Below are positions 1 through 27,547 of a stretch of 64,000 nt of DNA, one piece after another. Numbering within the stretch: the first letter of the stretch is position 1; each line of letters opens with the position of its first letter. The notes beneath the pieces are model-generated. The model saw only the letters and a program-made list of their open reading frames with translations, had not been told where the DNA came from and made no database searches. Location of the stretch: NCBI RefSeq assembly GCF_009914755.1, contig NC_060935.1. The stretch is one strand, 5' to 3'. The DNA is from the human T2T-CHM13v2.0 reference genome, Homo sapiens. The position numbers were made by a program, and so were the translations under genes.

Positions 1-924
<924 letters not shown>

Positions 925-1005
925 CTACTAGACTCTAACCTCTAACCACAAACACCATAGTTATAAGATTTCCAAAGAGGCTGGGGAGAAGGAGGATAAA
1001 TCAAC

Positions 1006-1100
1006 CAGGAAACAATGTAGACAACAAGGTTATCAGGAAACAAAGTAGACAACAAGGTTATCAGGAAACAAAGTAGACAACAAGGTTATCAAGAAACAAA
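1006..1100. repeat. 28-bp minisatellite, ~3.4 copies (CAGGAAACAAAGTAGACAACAAGGTTAT)
   Basis: Units start at 1006, 1034, 1062 and 1090 (partial). Unit 1 differs by one base. Confidence 0.95.
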
Positions 1101-1539
1101 AAGAAACTGTCATTGCTACACTAGTTAAAATGATACAGACTTTGAAAAGCAAAACAGCCAAGAAACCACATGGTTCCTTTACTTCTGAAGCCTCTTGTGA
1201 CAGGATCTATATTCCTAACAGTCTATATTCCTAGGAAAATTGGGATCACAGACGATCAAACAATAACTCACTGTTTTCATAACTTGACTGGTAAGTGGGG
1301 GGAAGGGAATTGGTAAACGACAAAAAGTGACTTACAGTGAATTTAATGATCTGTTGGGGATATGTGGGGAAGTCACGTCCCAGACATCAGCCTCAGTTTA
1401 CCCACCCAGAAAAAGGCGAGAACATAACACTTCGCTCAGAAGAGCCAGAGGGCCTTGTTCCATAAGCCTCCACCTACTCAAAGGTCCCTTCAAAGGCTGG
1501 ACTCAGTAGGGGTCCCCAGTGCAATTGAGGCATGACACC

Positions 1540-2300
1540 CGGAGACTTCGGGGTGGGGGGAAAAGGAGAAAGGAAGGAGGGTCAAAGTGCGCAAAGCTCT
1601 ATCGGTTCCTGGAAAGCCATTTTCGCCACACACTGGGGGTGCCCTAGACCCAACATCTCCTCCCTAAAGAACCACACCGGGAAGCCCCAGCAACTCTCCC
1701 TCCTTTCGGCTTCTCCCTCGGTTCCGGGCTGCCCCTCCGGCCGCGCCCCTCAACGCAGTCCGGTAGCCCCTCCTCTGGCAGTGTCACGGCGGCCGGCCAG
1801 CCTGCCCACCCGCCGGCGCCAAGGTCTTCTCAACCCCGCGGCGGAAGGATGCCGGGCTGGGCCTCCCAGGCTCCTCCTGGGCCTACCTGCAAGGCAGACG
1901 GGAGCTCGGTTTGCAGTCCAGCGAACGGGCTGAGCCACAGGGAAAAAGAAAGAGGAGACAGGAATAAAGGAAGGGGTCCGTTCTACCGACCGGCAGGAGA
2001 AGGCGGCTTGAGCGCGGGGCCTCGCGGACAACTCAGCCCTCGACCCGGCGCCGCCGCCGCTCAGGAGACATCAAGCAAGAAGACGGCGCAAAAGATCACC
2101 GAATACAAGAACGCCCCAGACATCAAAGGAGGAACGCCCAAGCAATCGTTCAAGGAACCACAGCCGAGCGCCGAAAAACAGCTCAACTCCTACTCAAGGT
2201 CCGGCTCCTGTCTGAGGCGTAAATAAACAAACCCAGATCATAAGCCACGGGTTAAAAAAGAGCCTGCACTTCTGCCATTTTCTGTGGGTCGCCGGCTGTT
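1540..2300. promoter_or_regulatory. AMBRA1: CpG island / promoter of AMBRA1
   Basis: GC- and CpG-rich, repeat-free stretch (CCGCCGCCGC, CGCG) surrounding a minus-strand first exon. Gene identity comes from the known AMBRA1-HARBI1-ATG13 gene order. Confidence 0.85.
1887..2210 (-). other. AMBRA1: AMBRA1 non-coding exon 1 (5' end approximate); gene continues off the left edge
   Basis: Minus-strand donor GCAG|GTAGGC with the exon ending at 1887, inside the CpG island. No AMBRA1 coding sequence lies in the window. The TSS cannot be fixed from sequence. Confidence 0.7.
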
Positions 2301-3002
2301 AAAGTTCTTTAGAGAACTGGAGTTTCTCGTGAATGTGTTGAAGATCAAATCATAGCGCAATAACACTTGTTGTGTAACTATAGTCCCCCAACTGTTCTAT
2401 GGACTCCCAACACTCTTTATCCCAATTGAGCAAATTAGTTAACCTCATTTGACCCTTAGTTTCCTAACAGAGCAGTGAGGGGAATTAAAAATCATAGAGA
2501 CAGAAAACGAGAGAGAATTCAAGCTGAGGAACAAAATGAACAGTCTACGTAAAAGCTCCAGTTTAGTCCCCACAAAGCATGACCAAGAGAAGCTGGGAAA
2601 ACCCAGAATTATGTAGCCTGACCTTAAGGCAGGGGGAAAAAAAGCACACGGATTGCTTTTCTCTTTTATTTTCTTCCAAAGGCCTAGAGCCACAGGTGTG
2701 CTTCTTACATAATAAGCAAAAGTCTCTTTGGGTTCAGAACCTGATAAAGTGTTGACATTTTCATCACCACAACAATGGCTTTTTTCTGTAGTCTCTTAGT
2801 TGATAAATGAATATGCTCAGCACAAATATGGATTAATATGTACATCCTAGATGTGATTCAATAAATCACAAAGATCACTGCAAGTATGGTTACCAATTGT
2901 GAGCAATCATAGTCTACCTTACCTGCTCCTAGGGAGGTTTACACCCTTCCCCACTACTCAGAGAGGAAGGGTGTAAAAAGGAAACAAGATAGTCCCAGTT
3001 TG

Positions 3003-4615
<1,613 letters not shown>

Positions 4616-5384
4616 AACTACATTGTTTTGAAACCTTGATTGCAGTAAAAAAAACTAATTTCACTGCTCTAGACATTTTCCTTTTTTCAAAAGCTGGAGA
4701 CTTTTGAGTAAAACACCTGAAAGTTCGGCAAAGATTTATCTAAAATCATCATCTGAAAATGAAAATATTTGCAACGCTGAGTCTAGACTGCTTTGTGAGA
4801 CCATGGAAAGGGTGGCTTATTCTATGGGCAGAGTTGCACCTTTACAGATAAATTTCCTTTAGAGAACTGTTCTTTTCAAATATGTATGTATATATATGGA
4901 TTTAAGCTTCAGTTTGACAGCAAACTACTGCATGTTCTTATGGAAATGTTTATTTAGACTGAAGAGTGGATCACAAGAGATCAGGAGTTGAAACCATCAA
5001 CCTTGCGGGAATCTCCTCACACTAGAGGAAAAACTGTAAAAAAGAAACAAGGCCAGCAGAAGTGAAGATCATCCTGGGCTGTACCCCTGATGTTCCTCAT
5101 ATTGATGTTAAGACTCAAGAACTCATTATGGTGTTTACTGTTGATCACTGAATTCTGGTAGGACTCTCCTCATGGAGCCACTCCCCTGAGGTAGGATGGT
5201 GCTTCCCTGAAGTAGGATAACCAGTCTTAGTTTTGCCCAGGACTGAGGAGTTTCCCTGAACATGGGACTTTGAGTGTTAAAACTGTGACAGCCATGGGAA
5301 ATCTGGGACAGTTCACTCTTAAGCATGGACCTTGCCCCTGTCAATCACATGGAAAAAACTTTGGAAAGACTAAACCAACAAGAG

Positions 5385-7710
<2,326 letters not shown>

Positions 7711-10287
7711 GGTTTTTTTTAGAACAAGGATTTCTGTGTGATTAAAAAAAAAGTCTATTAATTTTATGTGTTGGGAAACTAGCATGTCCCCAGCCTTCAG
7801 CTAGTATTTTTCCTTCCTTTCCACATAATCAACAAAGTCTTAATCCTGAATCTGTGATTTCTCATACCCACAACAATTTTGGAAAATCTTGGCAGGATCT
7901 AGAGAGCAAAATGGGCCCTGAGGACATGTGTATGCACAAAAACCCTTTCATTTCTTATTTTCTTGTCCTCCTTCTAACTTCCCCTCCACTGCCAGGGAAA
8001 GTAACTACGAAGCTCAGTCTTTGGGCTATTTTCCGTTTGTTTCAGATACAGATAAAATCTTATTATATCTATGATCTGTCTAGCCTCTTTCACCGTTACC
8101 CACTTCTTCTATGTCTTCACTACATGACTCCACTAAAATTGTGTCTTGTTTTTTATCCCTAAGTTAGATTAACTTGGTCTAGATCCTTCACAGTCCTAGG
8201 ATCAGGAAAACAGCTTCATCCCTATTCAGTTAACTTAAACCAAGAATATGTTTATGGTCCCTCTTTTGTATAATCTGGAATTGGTAAATTGGTGATCACC
8301 CAATATTGTTTTCCCTTGATATATCCTGAGACCTTACTGCCTTGAAACATCTAAGGGTAAATCTGGAAAACTACTATGCTGGCCAGATGGAGTTATCTAT
8401 GGGAAAATGAGGCTTACGTAAGACAGACAAAATCCTTGACTCTTTCCCAAAACCATGCCAGAAAAAAGCTATAAATCCACACTAAGGACCACAAAGGGAG
8501 CAGCTTTCTCAGACGCTTATAAAAAGCCCCTGTGAGGACACCCTTGGCAATTTGGAAGTACAGACCCTGATCCTTCCCCTCCATCATTTTGGGGAAATAA
8601 CTAACCAATGACAAAAGAAAAAAAAAAATCCTGGCCTGCAAAACCACAGGTTGAAAGGAGGTTAAAGGTGTAGATCTGAAGAGTTTCCCTGTGGGATTAT
8701 TAGAAAATAAAATGCTCCCAGGGAAAAACACTGTCAGCCAATGTTCAGCCAGCTCAGCACTTAGATTATCTTTGGTGTGCAAGTAAACAGACTTGAAATT
8801 GCTTTTGAAATCTCTCCAAGACTGTCCATCCCACTCAGTCTTTTATGTCACCATCTAGTGAGTTAAGTTGTGAAAAACTCCAATTTTCCTTAAATATAGT
8901 TATACAAGGCTAAAATGCAAGGCATTTTCCATGATCACACTTCACCTTGCCACTTATGATACATGTTGGGCAGTAACCCTTTCCTGATGCGATCTACCAA
9001 ACAGAACCAAAACTTTATGGGGAAAATACCCATCTTAGAAGACTTAAAAAGGAAAGACCTTAAGAATTAAAACATTGCCTTATGAGGGAAACAAGTTGAA
9101 CTTTACAAAGAAAAAAATGTTAACCGGGCACCTCTGTTGCACAATGAATAGAGTTAATGTTTCTAGCCAACTCTTCGTTGTCCATTCCCACCTCAATGAC
9201 ATCCCTGTGCATATTAAGCACAATCTTCTGCCAAATGGACCCACTCTTTATAGAGCAGGATAATGATGGTGAATAGCATTTGGAGTAGAAATAAAACAGC
9301 AGATAATAATCCATAATTGTTTTTAATCTTGAGGATGAGTCACCCTCAATTTATTTCCAAATTTCTTCTGTCATCAGCTGTTCATTTCTTTACTTTGAAA
9401 ATCACCAGATTAACACTGCCAAAGGCAAGAGGTAGGAAATGATCCAAGAGGACAAGTCAGAGGTATCACATGGTGAGTGGCTGAGAAACTGGAACAAGAC
9501 AACCCTCAGGAAAGTCTCTTTTTTGTCCCAGCAAAGGCACCAATGTGTGAACCTAATTCACACTTTCATTATTCTAATCAGGTTATTTTTATATCAGTGT
9601 AATTTTAGAACAAGACTTGCTAGGGGATTATTTATTTCTTAGGAAATTCTGTCCATCACTCTGCATATCCAAGGTCTAGCACCAGAATTCATTTCAAGCC
9701 AAGAAATTATATTCCTATTACCTCTCCTTTGTAATACTTTCACATGCCTTCTTTATTCCCTGAATCTTCCTTTTGTACAACGAATTTCAAAACAGAATGA
9801 CCAGACTTTCTAACATCACAATTATAAGAAATGTGATCTAGTTGAATGTGAGGTGTCTGAACCTGGGTGAATCTGCATTGCTCATCAATCTCTCTCAGTC
9901 CTTAGAACGCCTGTAAAGCATAAGCTTGCTATTTTATCTATATTCGAATTGCCTTTTTTAAGCTGATTGGGTTCTCAAACCCATTTAGCCTCTAACTCCG
10001 AGTCAGGGTTGGAAATAGGAAACTGGAGTCCAGATGTTCTCCCTAGGATCTAGGTCCAAGTCACAGTCCAATTATTGCAGACAGGCTAAAGATGGAGGTT
10101 TCTGACTGTCTTTAACATCCTCTTAAAAGCACAAAGCTGCAAACTGAGATTAGTAGCCATTTACTAATGTCAGAAGATCATTCCCCAACTGAAATTCTCT
10201 CTTCACATTTGCCTCAGATTATGCCTATATAGGCAGCAAAGTAGAAAAACTAAAATACCACCCAAATAATCCAGAACAAGTAAATAT

Positions 10288-11258
<971 letters not shown>

Positions 11259-11568
11259 TTTACTATGACTTTGTAGGCACAGTCATAAATGTTTGCAACC
11301 ACTGAGCTTTCAAATTAGTGGTACTCAACCTAGAGTTCACTGGATAGTAGGGAGCCGCTGTCTTGGTTTCAGTTTAATTAATGCATATGCAAATGAATCA
11401 AGATATTCTGGCATAGCCCCAACCTTACCAAAACACACATATTAAATGTCAGTTTATGACAAGTATCTGTATACTCAGTCATGCTAGATGATGGAACTGT
11501 GTAAAAGGTGATGAGGAGGAAAGTCTGTCACAACTCCTGGGAAGTATCCCTCCTCTCCACCTTCTACA

Positions 11569-11948
11569 TTAGCTAAAATGAGTGAGCATTAGCTCCTGAC
11601 GAATACGGTCAGCCTCTAAGTCCAGGGACTCCATGTGCTCATACTCCTCTTCCGGGGGCTGTTCCATGGGTCCTGTCATTGGAGAGGACCAAACATCCAT
11701 CCCATGCTCCAGGGAGATGTTGTGGAGGACACAACAGGCCAAGATGATATGGCTGGATTTCTCTGGTGAGTACTGCAGTGCCCCCTTGGATCCATCCAGG
11801 CAGCGGAATCGGGAGCAGAGGGTTCGGAAAGTCTTCTCAATCACACTGTGAGTTGCAGAATGGGCCATGTTATAGCGATATTCTGCTGGAGTTTCAGGAA
11901 TGTGAAGTGGGGTCATGAGCCAGGTTCGAAGAAAGAAGGAACTGTCAC
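11569..11948 (-). CDS. HARBI1: HARBI1 coding exon 2 (gene exon 3), residues 224-349 plus TAA
   Basis: Acceptor ccttccccacag|GTGAC at 11948, phase 1. Reads (G)DSSFFLRTWLMTPLHIPETPAEYRYNMAHSATHSVIEKTFRTLCSRFRCL...ELMLTHFS*, a PIF/Harbinger DDE C-terminal part containing D225 and E261. Confidence 0.97.
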
Positions 11949-12265
11949 CTGTGGGGAAGGCCCAAATAAATCATAAATGACTATAAGTGGAATAGAAACA
12001 GGAAGTGAAATTCAGAAAACATATACTGACAATGGACAAGAAAATACAACAGCCTCTGGCGCCAAAGCACACTAGAAAAACCAAGCGGAAAATGCTATGG
12101 TAAAAAGAAATCATGCCAATGCCAGGAGCAGAAAGACACGAGTTCTGGCTGAGAATGTCGTTGGTAAAAATCGACACATAAAAACGCTGGCACCTAAAGG
12201 AAGCCAAATATGAAAGAATGTAGGAAGGAGGTGAAGGCACTGGAGGAAATAAAATTCCTGCATTT

Positions 12266-12457
12266 GGCCGGGCATGGTGACTCACGCCTGTAATGACAGC
12301 ACTTTGGGAGGCTGAGGCGGGTGGATCACCAACTGAGGCCCGGAGTTCAAGACCAGCCTGACCAACGTGGGAGGCGGAGATTGCAGTGAGCCAAGATCAC
12401 GCCATTGCACTCCAACCTGGGCGACAAGCGCGAAACTCCATCTCAAATAAAATAAAA
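12266..12457 (+). mobile_element. Internally deleted Alu with intact TSD
   Basis: Left arm joins directly to the middle of the right arm (CCAACGT|GGGAGGCGGAG). TSD AAATAAAATTCCTGCATTT at 12247-12265 and 12450-12468. Confidence 0.88.
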
Positions 12458-13257
12458 TTCCTGCATTTTCCTAATTCAGAGATATTGTTATTAATAAAAG
12501 GCTTAATAAAACCAAATAAAATCAAATAGCATGCCAATCTTCAAAATCTCTACAGAGCAAGAATGAAACAGGAAAAAAGAGAATTCTGCCAAGAGATCCC
12601 AAAACACTTGTGAGGGGAAGTCTTAACTTTACCCTCAAAATTTCAAGTCTAAAAGCACTACCAAGGGATTTCAGGGGATTTCATGGACTACAGTAATTTA
12701 TTCTCCCAGTGCTAAGAAGAATAAGATAAAAGTCCGAGCACTTATGGCAGAGATCAGAACTCAGGTGTTCTGCCTTCCTATATATCACAATTACTAGAAC
12801 CATGCCTTTGTAAGAGGAAGAATTTCACATGAACAAAGAGAGCATACATATAATCATGCAAATAGTAATAGTTGGTGATAAGGAAATGAATTCAGAAGTC
12901 AATTAAAAAAATACACACAAGGCATTCTCCTTAAGTGACTTCTTTATCAAATGATCCCAGGAAGTGCTAACAAAACAACAACAACAAAAAACTGGGGTGC
13001 AATGCCCTGATCCAACAGCACAATGTTAGTATAATGCTTTCTTGTCCTGACTCACTGTCACTACATCTGGCAGATGAGATGTCCCGCACAGAGGCAAAAC
13101 CTCTTAGAAATTTGAGAGACAAATAGGCCCTGGAGTACCAGTTTGCATACCACTGTGTTCCTGCCCCACCATCAATTTCAGTAAATAGTTCTGGACTGTT
13201 CAGACAGTGGTAGGCACTGTTCCCAACATACAGGGCTCATTTCTTTTAGGCGCTTAC

Positions 13258-23580
<10,323 letters not shown>

Positions 23581-23605
23581 TGAAAATTCACACTTGCAAA
23601 CTTAC

Positions 23606-24275
23606 CCAGAAGCCAGCTATCTTTGTGCATACCCGCTTCAAACTGACTACTGAGGGAAGACTGCTGCAGCACAGCACAGTCCTGTAGGCTGCCGGGCCAG
23701 TTTGTCTCCACGGTCATTAGTGTCCCTCTAATGTCACACACCATCAGGCAGTTTAAAGAATGCAGGCCTTTTCGGTTCACATAGGAGAGGTCTTCAGCAT
23801 TTGGTGCCTTGATGGCCACATGGATACAGTCAACCACCCCCATCACCCCTGGCATCCCTGCCAACCCATAGAATTCATCCTTCAGAGCCTGAATGGAGGC
23901 TTCATCAGCTGGAAAGCGAATGAACTGTGAGGCCCTTTCCACAAGTGCTTCAGTGACATTGGCAACACAACGACTCATAGACGCCTGACTGATTCCAATG
24001 GCATCTCCCATCCGAGTCTGGAAGGAACCTGAGGTATAAAAACCCAATGCTGCAAGGACCTGTGTCTCTGGGCTAATAGCCCTGGATCGCTGAGTAGGCC
24101 TAGAAAGATTCGCCCCCAAGAGCTCCACCAAGTAATAAATGAACTGCCGTGGAAACCCATACATGGACATCAAGTATTCATCAGTCACATCATCCAGCTT
24201 AAAACGGTCCAATGTCCGGTGACCACGGCCATATAGCAAGAGGTCACAGTCAAGCACTGTTATTGGTATAGCCAT
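23606..24275 (-). CDS. HARBI1: HARBI1 coding exon 1 (gene exon 2), residues 1-223, Harbinger transposase-derived nuclease
   Basis: Strong Kozak ACCATGG at 24275. Reads [20 protein letters not shown]...GVVDCIH...WPGSLQD...KDSWLL. Donor CTGG|GTAAGT at 23606. 670+380 nt = 1050 nt = 349 aa + stop. Confidence 0.97.
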
Positions 24276-24419
24276 GGTAAATGTGAATGTTGGCTCTCCT
24301 CTTTGCTTTTTCTGAACTGTTCCCAATGAAGATGTTGGTGCAAGAACGTATTTTTAAGAAAGTATCAGAATCCAACAGCTAACCACAGTTAAATGGCTCT
24401 GCCATTTATAATCTTCTCT
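24276..24419 (-). other. HARBI1: HARBI1 exon 2, 5'UTR part
   Basis: Polypyrimidine tract and acceptor ttttcttttaacatttacag|AGAG, with the exon starting at 24419. Confidence 0.85.
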
Positions 24420-24867
24420 CTGTAAATGTTAAAAGAAAAAACATTAGGAACCTACCAAAGACTTTAAAGTGACTCAAAGGCTGGAGCAGCTCCTTTTCTA
24501 CAAATTTCCATTTTGTTGAGGCAAAACGTACTGTACTTACAACTCCGGATTTTTCTCCACTAACTCATGGCTGCACGACAGGCTTGCTCTGATTCAAGGA
24601 TAATGGGAATTCAATCTTTGTGGCTCATTTAATGCTTGGCATTTCAATTGAGAACACCAAAAGAATAATGGAGGTGATGACATAATTATTCACAAGGTAA
24701 AAGAGGTCGGCTTCTAACTATATAGGCCAAGAAGCAGCTGACATATGTCATAACCACCTTGGGTAAGAATTGGTCACGGGTTTCATTATCCAAAGACTTC
24801 TGGTTTCACCTGACAAATACAGGACAGATGCTGGGGTGTTCAAACCAGTCTAACAAGAAAAGAAGGG

Positions 24868-24901
<34 letters not shown>

Positions 24902-25333
24902 AACCAAAGTCCACAACCCAGCCTTATGGACGTACACTGTGTGCTGTAACAAAAGGCTTTTCCCTCACTCCAAGAACTCCAAATCGTGAACCTGAGGGCC
25001 AGGAAGTACGGAAGACCAGACACATTGGAAGTCGGGAGCGAAAAAGAGGCTGGCCGAACCAGGTTTGGGAAGCGACTCTGCCACTTTTAAAGGGCACCCT
25101 AAAAACGGATGTCAAAGTCTGATTGCGCCGGCCACTCAGTTAGCCCAGGCCCGTCACCCACCTCTCCGCGGCTGCCAGGTTACCAGCCACACTTCCCACC
25201 CACCCAGCCGGGTTGGGCCCTCCTCCGGAACCGGCGACTGCACAGAGGCCGCCACGGCGCGCAACAGCGGCACCGCCCCTTCCGCGTCAGCGCCCGCCCC
25301 GCGCCGCGCCCTCACTGCCGCTGCCGCGGCTAC

Positions 25334-25430
25334 CTGCGGTTCATCTCCGCACATTCCACACGCGGCCCAAACGGTCTCTCTCTCTCTCTCTCAAACACCG
25401 CCTTTCCGTCTTTGTTTTATCTTGAGTAGC
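25334..25430 (-). other. HARBI1: HARBI1 non-coding exon 1 (5' end approximate), contains (GA)9
   Basis: Donor CGCAG|GTAGCC with the exon ending at 25334, inside the CpG island. (TC)9 on the + strand at 25375-25392. Confidence 0.75.
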
Positions 25431-25599
25431 TTAGAAAGATTGGAGAAGAAAGCTTACGTGGAATGAAAATCAACTTTTATGGATATTTTGAGGACTAAAA
25501 GAATAAATAGGGCGTCCGTACTGTAGCGAAAGTGCGACTAAGGTTAGGCATCTGGATTTCCCCCGTAGCCCTCTTTCACCCCCCCCCCCCCGGCCATTA

Positions 25600-25929
25600 C
25601 CGAAGCGGATGAAAACAAACACTAACGATGGCGGCGCCGGGAAGCGACCGGCTGCTGGGCTTAAGGCGGGAGTGACCGCTTAACCAGTGAGGGAAGCACT
25701 GAAGAGCGCCAGTCGACGTGGGTGCGACAACTCGCGGAGTCTTAGGAGCAAAACGTCTGGGGCCTGCGAGCCAGGACCCTTCTGAAGCCTTAGGTGTCTA
25801 TCGGCGACGTGTACGGTCACTGCAGCTCCGGAGCGCGGAACCCTCAGCCAGGAGGCGCGGCTGGTCGGTCCCAGGTCCCGGCCTCCGTAATGAGAGCCCG
25901 GAACCACTCTTTGTGCCGCAGCTTCGCAG
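25600..25929 (+). other. ATG13: ATG13 non-coding exon 1 (5' end approximate)
   Basis: Donor GCAG|GTACTA with the exon ending at 25929, inside the CpG island, oriented toward the ATG13 coding exons. Confidence 0.75.
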
Positions 25930-27406
25930 GTACTAACTTTTGCGGGGGATACCCCAAGATCTCTCAGCGCCCCCGGGTGGGAGGCTGTGGATCTGCGGCC
26001 CCTTGGCTGCTGCTTCGTGGAAGTAGAAGGGATTAGCCACGGTTCAATCCCCTGGGCCCCTGAGTTTTCTGTGGGAAGTTGAGTTGGTCTAGGCCCCGTT
26101 GGCCCCTGCTTGTTTGGCAGAGAATCCCCTCCACCCCAGAGCTTTCCTCTCCACTTTTTCAGCTCCTTGGGTTAGGTCGTCAGGCGTTTTGGAGGTAATT
26201 TGGGGGGCCATAACTCCGGGGTTGGGTGCCAATATGAGTGAGGTAGGTTTTCATTCAATCAAGATTTGCTGAGTGCCAAATATGTACTCCGCGTGTAGGT
26301 GAGGGTGACTGTTGACTAGTGAAAAAAGGGACCCATGGTTCACGACTGTCTTCTTACTGGCAGTGGAACGACCTGTGGAAACCTGTGATCCATTCTCATT
26401 AAATAAATCTCTGGGTAAGTGGCTAAGCACCTTCTTGAGCTCATCACTAATTCTTCCCAGTTTTCACTTTTCCAGTGAGTTCCCAGTTAGCCTGGTCAAT
26501 TCAGCGTAGCATTTCACTTTTGGTATTTCTTCGTTCTCTGGCCACCCCGCAGCCAAAAAGAAAAAAGAGATTTTAAAAAATTACCTATTTTCTCATTACA
26601 CTTAGTTTAAAACTCATCTCCTAAGGTGATAGAATTTATTGGACACCTTTAGTGGGAGATGTATTATAATAAGAAACAACAAGCTCTTCCTTTACACTAA
26701 ATTAGCTTCCAGATTTTGTGTGTTGTTTTATGACTGTTAGTCCTTTTCATGTGTGCATGTAGTGGCTCCAGCTCAATTATGAGGTTTTTTTTTTGTTGTT
26801 TTCAACTCTCCATTTATCAGCTCAGGAGAAGTCTTTTAGTTTTTTAGATTTTAAAATTTTTATTATTATTATTAGAGATAAGGTATTGCTGTGTTACCCA
26901 AGCTGGAGTACAGTGGCGCCTTCATAGCTAACTTTAATCTCAAACTCCTGGGCTCAGGGAATCCTCCCACCTCAGCCTTCTAAAGTGTTGGAGTTACATG
27001 CATAAGCCACAGAGTCCGGCCCAGGAGCTTAATCTCGAAGGAAGTTTACTTGAACTTTAGGTGTGGAATATTCGAAAGTAACTTCCAACATGGGGTGTGG
27101 AGCTAAGTAAGATGAATTTACATAAACCGTCATTTTTCCTGCATGTGCTTAGTGGAGGAGAGTGCATAGAGTTGCTGGTCATTGCTTCCTATCAAATTGT
27201 GGAAACCAATAAAAACTGAAAATATTCTGCGAGAGAATAGAGGTACTGTAGCCAGGAGGAATGCAAAGGAGGCTGCCCAGAGGGAATCAAACCTTTCTAA
27301 AGTTTGGGTTTTAAATATTTAAAAGGATTTTAAGTCCCTAAAGGGATTTAAAGGTTATTTTAAATAATTAGCTGATTTTTTTTTAATGTCCTTGGAAGGT
27401 AGATTT

Positions 27407-27437
<31 letters not shown>

Positions 27438-27442
27438 TTTGA

Positions 27443-27547
<105 letters not shown>

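Larger units (their letters stand above)
24980..26220. promoter_or_regulatory. CpG island, bidirectional HARBI1/ATG13 promoter
   Basis: CpG-rich, TATA-less, divergent first exons only ~200 bp apart. Contains a YY1-like ATGGCGGC (25628), ETS-like GGAA cores, three ACGTG cores (25456, 25716, 25807) and a C13 tract (25579-25591). Confidence 0.88.

Noticed and set aside
1006-1100. 28-bp direct repeats as a CRISPR-like array
   Set aside because: Head-to-tail with no spacers, no cas genes, and a eukaryotic context.
1532-2226. Overlapping 93-133 aa ORFs in the AMBRA1 CpG island, and similar ORFs at 25065-26036
   Set aside because: Stop-poor GC-rich sequence with low-complexity Arg/Pro/Ala/Gly products and no recognisable domain.
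4958-5190. Possible exon of a transcript divergent from AMBRA1 (acceptor TTTATTTAG at 4957, donor GAG|GTAGGA at 5190)
   Set aside because: Weak pyrimidine tract, in-frame stop, and no convincing partner exons.
8414-8782. 122-aa minus-strand ORF with faint reverse-transcriptase-like wording (LYFQIAKGVLTG...KRLRKLL)
   Set aside because: TTG start, no catalytic YxDD or ordered RT motifs, and it runs through a poly-T tract. The resemblance is at chance level.
24276-24326. 17-codon N-terminal extension of HARBI1 in the ORF track (MGTVQKK...)
   Set aside because: It starts at TTG. The ACCATGG at 24275 gives the known 349-aa protein.
24870-24900. Isolated A31 tract in HARBI1 intron 1
   Set aside because: No attached SINE or retrocopy body or TSD was seen. 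It is a simple homopolymer.
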